Assembly (NCBI RefSeq): GCF_009914755.1
Contig: NC_060935.1
Direction: 5' to 3' (one strand)
DNA length: 64,000 nucleotides
Source: the human T2T-CHM13v2.0 reference genome, Homo sapiens
Part shown: positions 15,406 through 28,539 of the stretch, piece after piece
Position numbering within the stretch: position 1 is the stretch's first letter
How the letters are laid out: each line of letters opens with the position of its first letter
Program-made: the position numbers and the translations under genes
The notes under the pieces: model-generated
What the model was told of the DNA's origin: nothing
Database searches by the model: none
The model's input: the letters and a program-made list of their open reading frames with translations, nothing else

Positions 15406-16212
15406 GTAGGCTCACGCGCCGGCCTGCGGTGGTTCTGGTTAGCGTCCTGGGGCCAGCAGGCACCTCCCTGTGGTCTGCGTGTGAACGTGAAGCTCCTGCA
15501 GGCCTCCCCACCTTCCCGCCAGTGCCTACTGCAGCCTGCCCAGCAACTCCCAAGAGGGGCCCAGGCCCACTGCCCACCTGGCGGGGCATTGGTCCCCCAT
15601 GGAAGGAGCCAGGCCAGGCTGGTTTCTCATCCTCTGACAAGTGGCGTCTTTACTGGCAGGTGGCACCAAGTGCCCCCTCCCCCCAGCTCTTTCCCGCTGC
15701 CTCTCGTAGTCTGCTTTGTGCTCTGCGAGCCTCCTGGCTGTGTCCTGAGTGGAGGGTGGCAGAAGCTGGCCTCACATCCCAGCCTTCTCCTGGGCCCAGC
15801 TGTCTGGGGCCTCCACTTGGGGCCGGCCGAGGGCTCAGGGAGGTGCAGGGCCCAGCTGGGATGGGTTCATGGGAAGAGAGGCATCTTCTGTTCACCCCGA
15901 ACCCACCAGGCCCCCACTCCCCACCAGGCTCTGTGCCCATCACTCGGTCCCTCAGGCCGGAGCCTCTCCCCCAGGCACCCTGGGAGCTGCCGGGGGATCT
16001 GGGCGGTGGGAGGGCCTTTCTCGGGCCCATGGCTGAGCCCACCACTGCCCTTTGAAGTCTCTGTGGTTTGAAGCGGGCTGTTATCTTGCCGAACAGCAAG
16101 TCCGTCTACATGGACTTTATCTGAAAGTAGCTGAGAGGCTAAAAATAGAGGAGTTTCAGTTGGGCAGGGAGTGCGTCTGCCGCCCGGTTTCCCTGGCAAC
16201 GCCTGGCTCTGG

Positions 16213-16857
16213 CCTGCTTCCATCTCGGCTGCAGCCGGGCAGGCGGGGCAGGCACAGCCCGGCCCAGGCTCCTGCTCCTGCCCCACCCGTCCTGGCCCCC
16301 AGGACCTGCAGCGTCACCCTCTCCCCACCTGGCACCATCTGCCCATGGCCTGGGGCGGCCGTGGGGCCCTGAGACCAGCAAATTGGGTCATGCAGAAAGA
16401 GCGAAGGCTGGTGTTCAGGTGCCTGGCCCCATGGGGCTGTGTGACCACAGTACCCTGAGTCCCATGGGCCTGGCCACCCTCTGTCAGCACAGACCTGAGC
16501 AGGGCTGGTGCAGACCTTTGCCAGGCAGATGGCCCAGTGGGAGATAGCGCCCATCTGGCAGGACAGGAAGCAAGACCCGGGAGAGGTCAGCTCACAGGAT
16601 TGGCAAGCTCAGAGGCCCAGAAGCCTTGGCCTCTCTGCTGCCCGGGGAACACGGTGTTTCCCTGGCTTTCTCTTTGCGCAAGGGCTGGGTGACTCCTGGC
16701 TGGCACACCCAGTACAGCAGGGCCGGGTACCCTGTGTTGTTGGCATGGCCAGGAGTTTCTAGACATCAAGGAAAGCCGTGGTAGAGACAGGGAGTGGCAC
16801 CCAGTTCCCCAGCCTCCACTCCTGCTTCCATCTCGGCTGCAGCCAGGCAGGCGGGGC
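16213..16857 (+). repeat. Dispersed 37-bp direct repeat, copies at 16213-16249 and 16821-16857
   Basis: CCTGCTTCCATCTCGGCTGCAGCC[G/A]GGCAGGCGGGGC, 36/37 identical, 608 bp apart. Confidence 0.9.
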
Positions 16858-18589
16858 GTGAACATCCCTGACGTGCAGGAGTGTCGGTGGCCCTTTCTGG
16901 ACAGCACAGGCTGGGGACAGCCCCCGCCTTTCCCCGCCACTCCCTGCCAAGCTCTGGTTCCATTGCCTACACTACTGTCCCAGACCTTTCTTACGGCTCT
17001 GCCCCTGCTCCATGGGACAGGCCACCCTCTAAGCCCAGACCTGGAGTCTGGCATCCTGCGGGGGTGATGGTGGGTGGCAGACAGGGCCTCCTGAAGTGCA
17101 ATGGCCCCTTCCTGACGTGCACAGCAGCCGTCCAGCAGCCTGCTGGGGCCTGGGAACAAGGACACAGTCCTCAGTCAGCCAAGGTCGGTGTGGGGGCCTG
17201 CAGAGGGGCCAGCGCTGGCCTTGAAGGCACAAAATTATGCACCCAATTTCTTCACATCTGAGCAACAAAGGGAAGCATTTTCCGGAGTCCCTGATCCCTA
17301 GGGCAAGGTTTAAGAACAAGGCTGGGGCCACATCCTGGTGCCCTGTCAGGCTCTGAGCCGGGGCCACGAGGATTCTGGTAGATTCTGCATGCACAGCCCT
17401 GGTGGGCCCTGGCTCCCTGCCGTTACATTCGAGTCCTCTGCCTGGGGTCTCTGAGGTGGTGAGTGGCACCCACAGTCGACACTAAATCTCAGCCCTGCTG
17501 AGGGGTCTACCTGGAACCTGGCTGCCCATCAAGGAGTTGACAGAGCTGTGCTGACCTAGGTGGGTAGGTGGTAGCCTACCCGGTCCTTGCCCTGCCACTG
17601 ACTGGTGCACCCCTCAGGGACAGACCCTAGGAAAGGGCCTGGCTGGGCCTGGAGGGCTTGGTGGCACAGCCTGGCTCGAGTTTTCTCCGTTATCAGTGCA
17701 GCCATCGGGACCGTAAATACCCCAAGCGCAATCCTGCTGACTTCGGGAAGTAGGGGCAGGAAATCCAGCAGCCGCCCGGCCCTCGGAGGCCCAGCAGGCG
17801 TGCAGCGGTGCCAATGCCCGCCGGCCCCGCCAACCCCAGCCAGAGCCCCTGGCCTTCCCTACCAGCACCCTCCCCCACCTCATCCCGCTGGTCTGGCTGC
17901 CTGCCGGAAGGGAGTCAAGGCCCCAGCCTCCAACTGTTTTCTCAGCTCAGCTCAGCCCCTCAGCTGGGCTGTGCAGTGAGTCCCACCCCAGGCCAGCTTG
18001 CCTAGCCATAGGATGAGAGGTCTCCGGGATGCACAGCTGGCTGGCACCCCTCCAGGGAGGCCTAGAGTGTCCCCCTGCAGGGAGTTCACCAGTGCAGGCC
18101 AGCTGAGCTTGTTCAGGGCTGCCTCAGTTTCCCTGGCAGGGAGCCCTCTTCTTCCTTGGTGTCCTGGCCAGGGACCCACATTGGAGAGAGGGGTCTGGGG
18201 GTCTCCCTTCTCGTCACAGTCCTGCGGCCTCGTCAAAACTCTTGCTTGACAGTGCAGTGTCTGCTCCAACACAGACCTCCCAACTACCTTGCAGGACGTC
18301 CCCATTCCAGGGATCCCTTCCACCCCTGTGCCTGTCCTGGTGGCTTAGGTTCTGCCTCACTCCAGGGTGTGGAGAGCAGAAACCCACCCACACCCGCAGA
18401 TCCAGGGGCCTCCTCACAGCGAGTCTACTTCCTGCGGGCCTCCCTCCCCTGTCAAATGAGAGGGTTTGACTCCTGCTTGTGTCCTTAGGGTCAAAAGTCA
18501 CAAAAGCTGCCTCATGCCCTTTCTGTTTTCATCTTAGATTATTGTCTTCTTTATCCTGGAGAGGACTCTTATTTGCTCAAATGCCCACA

Positions 18590-18680
18590 TAAATCCTCTT
18601 TTACAGATGGGGAAACCGAGGCTCAGAGAGGCTGAGTGGTCGCCTGAGGTCACACAGCTAGTTAGGTGAAGAGCTGGTCC
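18590..18680 (-). mobile_element. MIR SINE
   Basis: ttttacagatggggaaaccgaggctcagagaggctgagtggtcgcctgaggtcacacagctag is the MIR core. Confidence 0.85.
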
Positions 18681-19679
18681 CAAGGAGGACACAGACAGGG
18701 GTGGGAGATGAGGTAGAGAGAGCAAGGAGGGGTTTCATATCACCCAAAGTCCGTATGGAGAGGCTGAGGAGGGTTGAGGCCAGGGGCAGGCTGGGGGCAC
18801 CAGCAGCAGGGCCCAGGGCCTTCAGTGTGGGCCAGGGACCAATGCAGGCGGTCGGGAGAGGTCCGGAGAGAGCTGGCCCTGCCCACTCCCCCTCTGGCCC
18901 CACTGGGCTTCCTGAAGTCCCACACAGGGCTGGCAGTCTGTGTGGGGGCTGCATACCCCAGACATTCTGAGGAATCGATGGCAGAGGCCGCTCCAGCCCT
19001 CCTCCCCCAGCAAGTATTCTTAGCTTGGTCTCCAGGACCTGCCACACTGTTTACGTTGGGCCCTGTTTATTTTGCAAGCTAAGCTCATACTGCTTTTGCT
19101 GATATGAGGAGCACAGTGGGCTGGGAGAGTTTCTTTCTTCTCTGTTTTTGCCGGAAATGTTCATGGCTGAGAGCCGGACACAGGGGAGTCCTGGGTTTCC
19201 ATGCCGCAGTTCAGAAAGCGTTGGGCGGGAAGGGGCCCCCACCACCTGACACTCCTTTCACTGCCTCCGGTCGCAGAATCCAGGCCTCCAGGATGAGAAT
19301 GCCCCCCAACCCAGGACTCCCAAAACCACACCCTGCCCATGCCTTTACCAAGCTTCGTGCATGACCCCAACCTCCAGGATGCAGGCAGGCCCAGCCTCCC
19401 AGAATTGGGTGTTTGCCCCCAGACACTGCTACCCTTTCCCTCATTCCAGTGTGACTCCTCCATCAACCAGGCCACAAGCTGGACCCCAAGGCTTTTTTGT
19501 CTTGGGCAGTTCCCCGAGCTGCACCCCCAGAGCCGCCGTGCTGCTGTTCATCCTCTCCCTTTAGCCCAACCCCTGCTGAGTTCAGGCCTTTATCATCTCT
19601 TACTTGGATTATTTTTCCAGCCATATATGCGGTCTCCGGCCTCTCCTCACACCCACCAATCCTTCACATTGTATATTAT

Positions 19680-22600
19680 TTCTTAAACACTGCTGAAATC
19701 TCACTTACTAATATTTAATATATCAGAATTTTTGTGCCAGTATTTATGTGTGAGATACATACATGACATAATTTTCCTGTCTTGTATGGTCTTCATCAGG
19801 CTTTGGTGTCAAATGTATGTGAGCCTCACAGACTAACTTAAGAAGTGTTCCCTCTTTTCCTATATTGGGATATTTTGTATAAGATTAGAATTTTATTTTC
19901 CTCAAATGTTTGGTGGAATTTAAAGGTAAAGACATCTAGGCCTGGTGTTTTCTTTGTGGGAAGATTCATCATTCCTGATTCAATCGCTCTAATAATTATG
20001 GACTGTTCAGGTTTTCTATTTCTTCTTGTATCAGTTTTGATAAGTTATATATTCTAGGAATTTATACATTTCATTTTAGTTTCCATGTTCATTGGCATTT
20101 ATTATAATTTTAATGTCCGTCCATTAGCATTTAGTCCCATTTTTTATTCTCAATATTATTTATTTGTGCCTTCACTGTTTTCCCCCTTAGTGGTCAAACT
20201 TGACACTATTCCCCTGTCTTATTAAATGTTTCGTGGACTTCTGGCTTTGCTGATCCTCTCTATTGTGATTTTGTTTTGTTTCATTCACTTCTGTTTATTT
20301 TATTCCTTCTATTTACTTGGCCTTAATATACTGTTCTTTCTCTAACCTCTCTAAATTAAGAAGAGGATAATTCTTAATTTTCAGGCTTCCTAAATTTCCT
20401 TTTCGTTTTAATTTTTCTAACCACTGTCAATCTCATGGCTTTCTAAATTTTTAAGGTATGCATTTAAGGTTATAAATTTTTCCTTTAAATATCATCCAAA
20501 CTACATCTCCCACATTTTGATATATGGCATTTAATTTTAATCTTCATTCACTTTAGTATTTTTCTAATCTCCATTATGATCTCTTGTTTATCCTAGGAGT
20601 TCTGTAGCAATGTGGTTTTTGTCATTGTTATAATTGTAGCACAGCTTTCTCATAATGTTGCCCTCTTGTCAGAGAAAGCAATCCATATGATATTAATCCT
20701 TTAGAATGTTTTGAAATATGATTTACGGCAAAAATGTGGTCAATTTTTGTAAATGTGCCTTCTGTACTTGAAAACAAGGTATATTCTGACATTGTTGGGT
20801 GCAGTGTTATGTTCATATCCACTGGAACAAGCTTGTTAGTTGGTCTGTTCAAATCTTCTATATTCTCATTGGAATGTTTTTATCTGCTTGATCTATTATT
20901 ACTGAGAAGGCATAGGGCAAATTTCTGTTTAACTTTCTAAGAAACTTCTAAACTGTTTCCAAAGGATTTATACCATTTTGCTTTCTCACCAGTAAAGTAT
21001 AAAGGTTCCACTTTCTCCACAGCCTTGCAAATACATGGTCTTTTCTATTTTAGCCCTTTTAGTGAGTATGTAATGGTATCTCATTGTGGTTTTGATTTGC
21101 ATTTCCCTAATGACTAATGATGTTGAGCCACTTTTCATGTGCTTATTAGCCATTCATAGTCTTCTTTGGTGAAATGTTTATTCAACTCTCTTGCCCATTT
21201 TCTAATTAAGTAGTCTGTTCTATTATTGAGTTGCAAGGGTTTTTTATATGTTCTGGATACAAGTCCTTTATCAGATCTATGACTTGCAAATATTTTCTCC
21301 CATTCTGTGGCTGTCTTTTCATTTCCTTAATCACATCTTTTAAATCACAAAAGTTTTTAATTTTAATGAAGTCCAATTTGTCTTTTCTTATATGGCTCAG
21401 GCTTTTGATGTTTTATCTAAGAACTCTGCCTAATCCAAAGCCATAAACATTTTCTCCTGTTTTGTTTTGGGTTTTTTTCCTTCTAGAAGTTGTATAGAAT
21501 TAGCTCTTACATTTCGGTCTATATTTACTTTGAGGTAATTTTGGGGTATGATATGAAGTAAAGTCTAGATTTGTTTTGTTTTATTCTTACTTATGGATAT
21601 CCAATTGCCCCAGAACATTTGTTGAAAATACCCCATTTCCTCCTTTGAATTATCATGGCTTCTTGGTCAAAAATCAATTGACCATAAATTTATAGGTTTA
21701 TTTCTGGATTTTCAATTCTATTATGTTGGTCTATATGCCTTTCTGTAAGTCTATATGCCTTTCTGTAAACCCATACTATACTGTCTTGATTATTGTAGGT
21801 TTACAGTAAGTTTTAAAATTAAATTATGTAAGTTTTCTAATTTTGTTCATCTTTTTACAAATTGTTTCTGTCTATTCTAAGTCCTATGAATTTCCATATA
21901 AATTTTAGGTTCAACCTGTCAATTAAAAAAGAAGGGCCTGCTGGGATTTTGATAGGCATTGTGTTGAATCTATAGATCCATTTGGGGAAAATTGACAACT
22001 TAACAAAATTGAGTATTGTAATCAATGAACATGGTATATCCCTCCATTTATTTGATCTACTTTAATTTCTTTCAGTGATATTTTGCAGTTTGGGGCATAT
22101 AAATTTGGTACTTCTTTTGTTACATTTACTCCTAAATATTTTATTTGTCATGCTAGTGTTAATGGAATTGTTTTCTTAATTTCATTTTGAATTAATTGTT
22201 CATTACTAGTATATAGAAGTAACATTAAATTTTTATATCAATCTTGTAAACTGACTTTTCTATTCTTGGCTTTAGCCATTTTTGTTGTTGCTATTGATTT
22301 CTTAAGATTTTCTACATATAGGATCATGTCTTGTGGCAATAAAGACAATTTTTACTTCTTTCCAGTCAGATGCCTTTAATTTCTTTGTTTTGCCTAATTG
22401 CACTGGCTTGAACTTCAAAAAAAATATTGACTAGAAGTGCTAGAGCAGATCTTCTGGGGAAAATCATTCAATCAATTTCCATTAGCTCTGAGTTTTCCAT
22501 AGATGCCTTTTATCATGTTGAGAATATTTCCTTCTATTTTTAGTGTGTTGAGAGCTCTCATTATGAATGGATATTGGATTTTGTCAAATGCTCTTTCTGT

Positions 22601-24860
22601 GTCTAGTGAGATGGTCCTGTGGTTTTTATTCCTTATTCTACTGATTTGGTATAATACATTAATTTTCAGGTGTTAAACCAATCTCACATTTCTGGAATAT
22701 ATCCTACCTGGGCATGATATATAATCCTTTTTATATGATGCTGGATTTGGTTTGCTAATATTTTGTTAAGAATGTTTGTGTCTTCAACCTAGGAAAGCTG
22801 ATTGAAAGAAAAAAAAAAGAATGTACTTTATATTCATAAAGGATACTGGTGTGGTTTTCTTTTCTGACTTTGATGTCAGATTTTTAAATCCTTTTCTTTT
22901 TAATCCTAGAACCGTAGGATTTCAGGTTTGTCTTTTGTAAACACTGTATTACTGAGTTTTTAAAAAATCATTTAATACATTTATATTTAATATAATTTCT
23001 AATAGATTTGGATTGAATTCTAGCAGTGTATTTTGTGCTTTCCACTTGTACTAAATCTGTAATATTTATTTTTCTCCTCTTTCTTGCCTCTCATTAGATT
23101 ATTACTTCTCATTCTACTTTTCTCTCTACTGGTTTTGAAGTTATGTATTCTACTACCATCCTTGGAAAGGTTAACCTAGAACATTTTAAATGAATATATA
23201 TCAGAAGTAATTGCTATATCTACCCATATCTGTAATAAAATAGGGATCCTAGAACACTTTAACTTCAATTATTCTCCCCCTGACTTAGTACTTTGCTGTT
23301 GTATATTTTAGTTGAACTGTGTTTAATTTTTAACTCACTAATTGGTAGTGTTTTATACAATCAATATTTGTTTAAATTTACTCACCCATTTGCCTCTTTG
23401 TCATTTGTTATTTCTTTTTTATCTCAGATCTTACATCTGGGATTACCTTTTTATGTGACTGAGGGATTCATTTAAATTTTCTTCAGTGAAAAACTCTCAG
23501 ATTTTGTCCGCAAATGACCATTTTACTGTCATGTTAAAAAATATTTCCACCAATTATAAAATTATAGGCCTTAGGTTATCAAAATTCTTTTTTCTTAGCA
23601 CATTAAAAATGTTATTGAACTATCCTTTGGCTTCCACTGTTACCATTGAGAATGAAGATGATGAATTGTTGCTCCTTGGAAGACAATCTGTCTTTTTTCT
23701 CTGGCTGCCTTTAAGATCTTTCCTTTGACTCTAGTCTGCATTTTCACTAGGATATGTTAATAGGTTTCTTTTTTTCTGCCTGAGCTACCTTACTCAGTGG
23801 TTTGGTGTCTTTCATCAGTTCTAGATTATTCTCAGTTAATACTTCCTAAGATTTCACTTCAGTCTCATTATCTCCTTCTGAAATTTTTATTGGCCAGTAG
23901 TAGACCACCTCACTCCCCTTCATATCTCTTAACCTTTTTTTTTTTTAAATCACTTTGTCTCTCTGTACTGTATTCTGGAATCCATCTTCCAGTTCACTAG
24001 TTGTTTCTTTGACTGTGTTTAATCTGCTGTTAAAACTGTTCAGTGAATTTTAAACTTCAATTATTATTATTTTATTTATAAAAGTTCTGTTGGGTTCTTA
24101 TTCATATCTGATAAGTCATTTTAATCGTATCTTCCTCTTTACTTGCCTGTTCAAACTTTAAAATTTTCTTGAAGTGTATTAAATATGGCTATTCTATATT
24201 GAGCTTCTCTTAATTCCAGTATCTAAAGTATTTCTGAGTTCACCTCCCTGTTTGATTTTTTCTTCTGCTGACTCTCATTCATGGTGTTTCATTTCGTTTC
24301 TGTTTTTTTTTTTTTTTCATTGTAAACTTATATATCTTAAAATTTATCTGTGGGAATTTTTGAAGTCTGGTGTGAAGTTGGGGTCCTCAGGGAGGAATCA
24401 TGTTTACCCCTTCCATTGCCACATATGTGGGTGTACTGCCAGCCTGGACTTTTAATTCTAGGCTCAAAGTTTTCTAGGCCACTTAGGTAGTATGAATTCA
24501 AGCCTCCAAGCTGAGCATGGACTAACTTGTGAACATGACTTTCCAGGACAGAACTTGTTCTCCTTCTCTTAGCAGTAATGCAGTTTTCTTTACAATCTTC
24601 TCAGGGAGTAGGAGATTTTTCATTGGCCCTCACAATGAAAGCAGAGCCCTTTGAGGGTCCCAGCTTTGTGTAAGTCTCTGCTATGAGACTTCCTGGGGCA
24701 GGCCTGGGCTTTGACACATAATCATCTATTCCTGGTGAAACCAAAGCTCAAGTTCATCTCACTCATCAAATACCTTCAGGGCCCCTATTACCTCTGGGGT
24801 TCCACTTTCACTGAGTTTTCAGCCTCTAACCTCCCTTACTTCCTGGTCAGCTCATCCACG
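19680..24860 (-). mobile_element. Block of antisense L1M LINEs, including a better-preserved L1MA/MB-type segment at ~20915-22790
   Basis: Strongly AT-rich; ggtatctcattgtggttttgatttgcatttccctaatgactaatgatgttgagc and other reverse-strand L1 3' motifs. Confidence 0.82.
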
Positions 24861-25325
24861 CTAGCCACAGATATCATTTTAAATTTTCTAATAGCCACTT
24901 TTTTAATTTAAAAGAAATAAGTAAAATTGATTACAATAATATATTTTATTTAACCCAATAGATCCAAAATATCATTTCAATATATAATTAATATTTTTAA
25001 AACTCTTAAAATTGTTGACATTCTTCTTTTTCATACTGGGTCTTCAAAAGCCACTGCATATTTTACACATTTCAATTTAGACACCGAGTTTTCATGAGAA
25101 CGACTTGGTCTGTATTTAGATTTCATAAAATTTACCATTGAAAAAGGAGATTCCCATGCCTAAGTCATTTCAAACATACTGAAGGGTTTTCTAATAACCG
25201 AATGAAGGACTATCTTTAAATTTTAATTTTAATTTATTAAAATGAAAAGAAAATTCCATTCCTGGATCTCAGTCACCACTTTTTTAAGTGCTGTGCCACA
25301 CAGATTCAGCTATGGGACAGCGCTG
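24860..25325. mobile_element. Charlie1-family (Charlie1b/MER33-like) DNA transposon
   Basis: ttttatttaacccaatagatccaaaatatc and tctgtatttagatttcataaaattta...; ends ggacagcgctg like the Charlie1 terminal inverted repeat. Confidence 0.7.
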
Positions 25326-28300
25326 CTTTGGACGGGCATGGCCGTGCGCGCGTGTGGGGAGGTGAGTGTGGCTCCCCCAACGTTTACCCAGGCCAGCCCC
25401 AAGGAAATGCTCAGTGAGTGCCCATAGAATGTGGTGAATGTGGATGGCAGGGACCATACGGGAGAGCACACTCCAGTAGTTGCCATCTCATGGCCCCAGC
25501 GCCCCTCTCCACCCCATGCCCCCAACAGAGATGCATCCCTGCAGACCCCTCCTGGGCTCCTTCTCCACAGCATCCTCCCCAAGTTCCCCTGCCTCGAGTC
25601 CCCAGAGCTCATGACCCACGCCTCCCCGAGGTCCCTAAGGAATGTCCGCTTGGGATTCTGGTTCTTTTCCGGTTCTCTGCAGCCAGGTCTGTTCCCTGGC
25701 GTAGCTTCGCAACTGGAAGGTGCTGCTCAGCAGACTGTGAGAAGTGTGTGTCGGTGCAGGCAGGACACACTTCCAGGCTGTCCCAGAGGCCAGGGAGCAC
25801 CTTGCCACTGAAGGGCTGGTTGCATCAGAAAGTTAGGCAGCCTGGACTGCCCTGGCAGCCCCAGACCTGCCTCTCCTCGGCAGCTCCCCCTCCCCTCTGC
25901 ACCACCCCCCGCCCCCCACACCCAACCCAACACTCCTCTCTCTGCTGCTGGGCTGCTCTTGAGTGACAGGGCCGTAAATAGGCAAAGGCGGGGGCTCTGA
26001 CTGATCAAAGGGCTCCCTTTAGAAGCCGTCATTAGTTTGCTATTCTGGGAACTGGTTATTTTAAGGTTAGTGTATTTTTTCTTTCCTGAGGAGCCGTCTT
26101 AGTGGATGGCGGAGTCCGGAGGGGCTGCCCTTCAGTCAAACCACACAAGCCCTGTTTTGTCTGGGGTTCCAAAGATAAACCTATAATGAAAGCAGCGTTT
26201 GACGCTGAGCACCGCCACCCTGTTCCTGCACAGGGGTGGGTGTGTCTGCCAGGGAGTCCCTGTGCCCAGCAAGCTCCGGGGAGGCTTGCAGGAGGCCCCT
26301 GGGGCCAGGTTGAGTCTGCTCCCAGGGAGCCTGAGGTGGGAGGTCTTCAGACCTGGCATTCTCACAGCCATCATGGCTTGCCTGGCCAGGGACCGAGGCC
26401 CCGTACCCTCCCCCAACTTCAGGCTACCCCCAAAGGCCACCCCTGGAACCAGGCTCAGTAGGCACCTCTGAACCGCAGCCCAGCTCTGCCCAGCACCTTC
26501 TTTGGAAAGACAGTGGACCCACCAGTGGCCAGGGGAATGCACACCCCTAAAGTCAAAATGTAAGGAAATGATGATACCCTGTGCTGGCATGGGTGCGGAA
26601 GAGCAGACGCTCTTCTGTCTTACTAGGAGGTGGGAATTAATGAAAGTAACAACTCCTGGAAGGGACTCTAGCACTGCCTGTGAAAACTAGAAACCCGTCA
26701 TCACTCCTAGGAAAGAAAAGCACCAGGGTCGGGCTTTGCATGCAAGCTTTGTCATGTGACAAGCTCAAAGCCATCTGTTTGTCCATAGAGAAGCGTGGTA
26801 TATACTGAGACACCTCGACGCCGCAGCCCCAGTGCCCGCCACAGACGAGCTTTTGCCGGCAGTCATTGCTCGGGAGGGATATTATTGACGTGTTGCTCAG
26901 TAAGAAACCAAAGTTGCCAAGGAACGTGATCGCATCTCTGTGCAGCCACAGCACCCAGGACGCAGCTGGGAAGGGAGGCCAGGGGACAGCTGCGCTCCGG
27001 GATGCTGGGGCCGTCGGCCTCCCCCTTCCCAGGCCCAGCTCCTGGGCACTGGGACCACCGTGGGCTTGGCTCTGAGATCCACCATGAGTTCTCGCTTTGT
27101 CCAAGATTGAGATGCGCCAGGTAGTTGGTGTGCTCATTTCGAGGTGTTTCTTTTTCCCCCCAGTAAAGTGATGTCACGTGGAGGTGAGTGTGATGGGAAA
27201 GGGAACCTCAGAAACAAGGTCCCACCTTGGTCCTCTGGTCTCCCCTGGGAGGACCACCCCCAATCCTAACATCCTGTGAGGTCCTCCCCACTCAGAGGCT
27301 CCTCTCTGTGCCACCCATCCTCGGATAGGTTGCCATGAGGTTGCCAGAGGCTGGCAAAGGGCACTTGTCAGCTGCAGATTCCAGCCCTGCCCTGGGACTT
27401 GGAGGGGATCATATCCCTTTGACCACCAGGTCATGACCCCCAGATCATATCCCAATGACCCTCTGCCATACCATGAGCCCAAATGACCCTCAACCTGCCA
27501 CAGAGACAGCCCCCACTAACTGCCACTGGGTGATGGGACCGTGGAGAGTGCCCAGCTCAGAGGAGAAGCCTGTCTGATGTGGCTCCCGTCCTCCTCTGCT
27601 GGGGTTGTCTACACTGTCCCCACTCGGTGACACCAGGAGCTGGCATTGCCTCTGGTTCTACTGCTCTGGACAGCCCTGGCAGCAGTGCCCTAGCCTGGCC
27701 CAGCACCTACTGAGACAGCCGGGCCAAGCCCCATCCTGCAGGTGCAGTCTCACTTTGTCACTCTTGGTTACCCATGGGACCCTGAACCCCATAGGAGGGG
27801 CTCATCACTCAGGGTCCTCATCCAGGTGTGGCCCATCCACACCCAGCATCCAGCTGTGCACACAGGGCCACACACAGACCCCTTTCCCATCCCCCCTTCC
27901 CATCCCACACAGGGCAAAAGCCTGACCTCCTCTCACGCCTTTGGAGCCAGTGGCTGGGGTGCAAGCTCTGCCCCCTACACGCGATGGCTGTGAGACTCGG
28001 CGAGTCACGTGGGCTCTCAGCGCCTCAGCCTCCTGGCCCCCAGTGGAGGGGACAGGCACCATTATGCCGATCGCTCGCGTGCAAAGGCCCTGTGGCGTGG
28101 GCAGTGTCACAAGCTCCTGGCCCAGGAGGCCTGCTTGGCTGATGGCAGAGCTCAGAGGGTGTGAGCATGAGGATGGCATCAGGGGTCTCTCTGCAAGTTC
28201 AAGTTCCGCCTCAACCCTACTACGTGGCCCTGGCCAGGCCTCCTGAATCCAGGTCTTGCTTTCCCCAGCTATCCAGCGGCTTCCTGCTTCTCTTACCCTC

Positions 28301-28539
28301 AGCAATCCCCCAAGAACTGTTCTTTTCCCCACACTAGCGTCTCTCTTTCTTGGGGTGTTTCTCTCTTAGCCTGCCTGTGGGGGACAGTTGCCACCCTCAA
28401 GCCTCTCCTGAATGACTCTATTTATAGGCCTCCAATATTGGCCAGAGAGGAAATTTAAGTCTTTTTAAAAATTCAGCTCAAGTGTGTGTCAACTTCTGTG
28501 AGTGCAACTGCTTCAGAGAGAGGCTGGGATAGGACAGCA

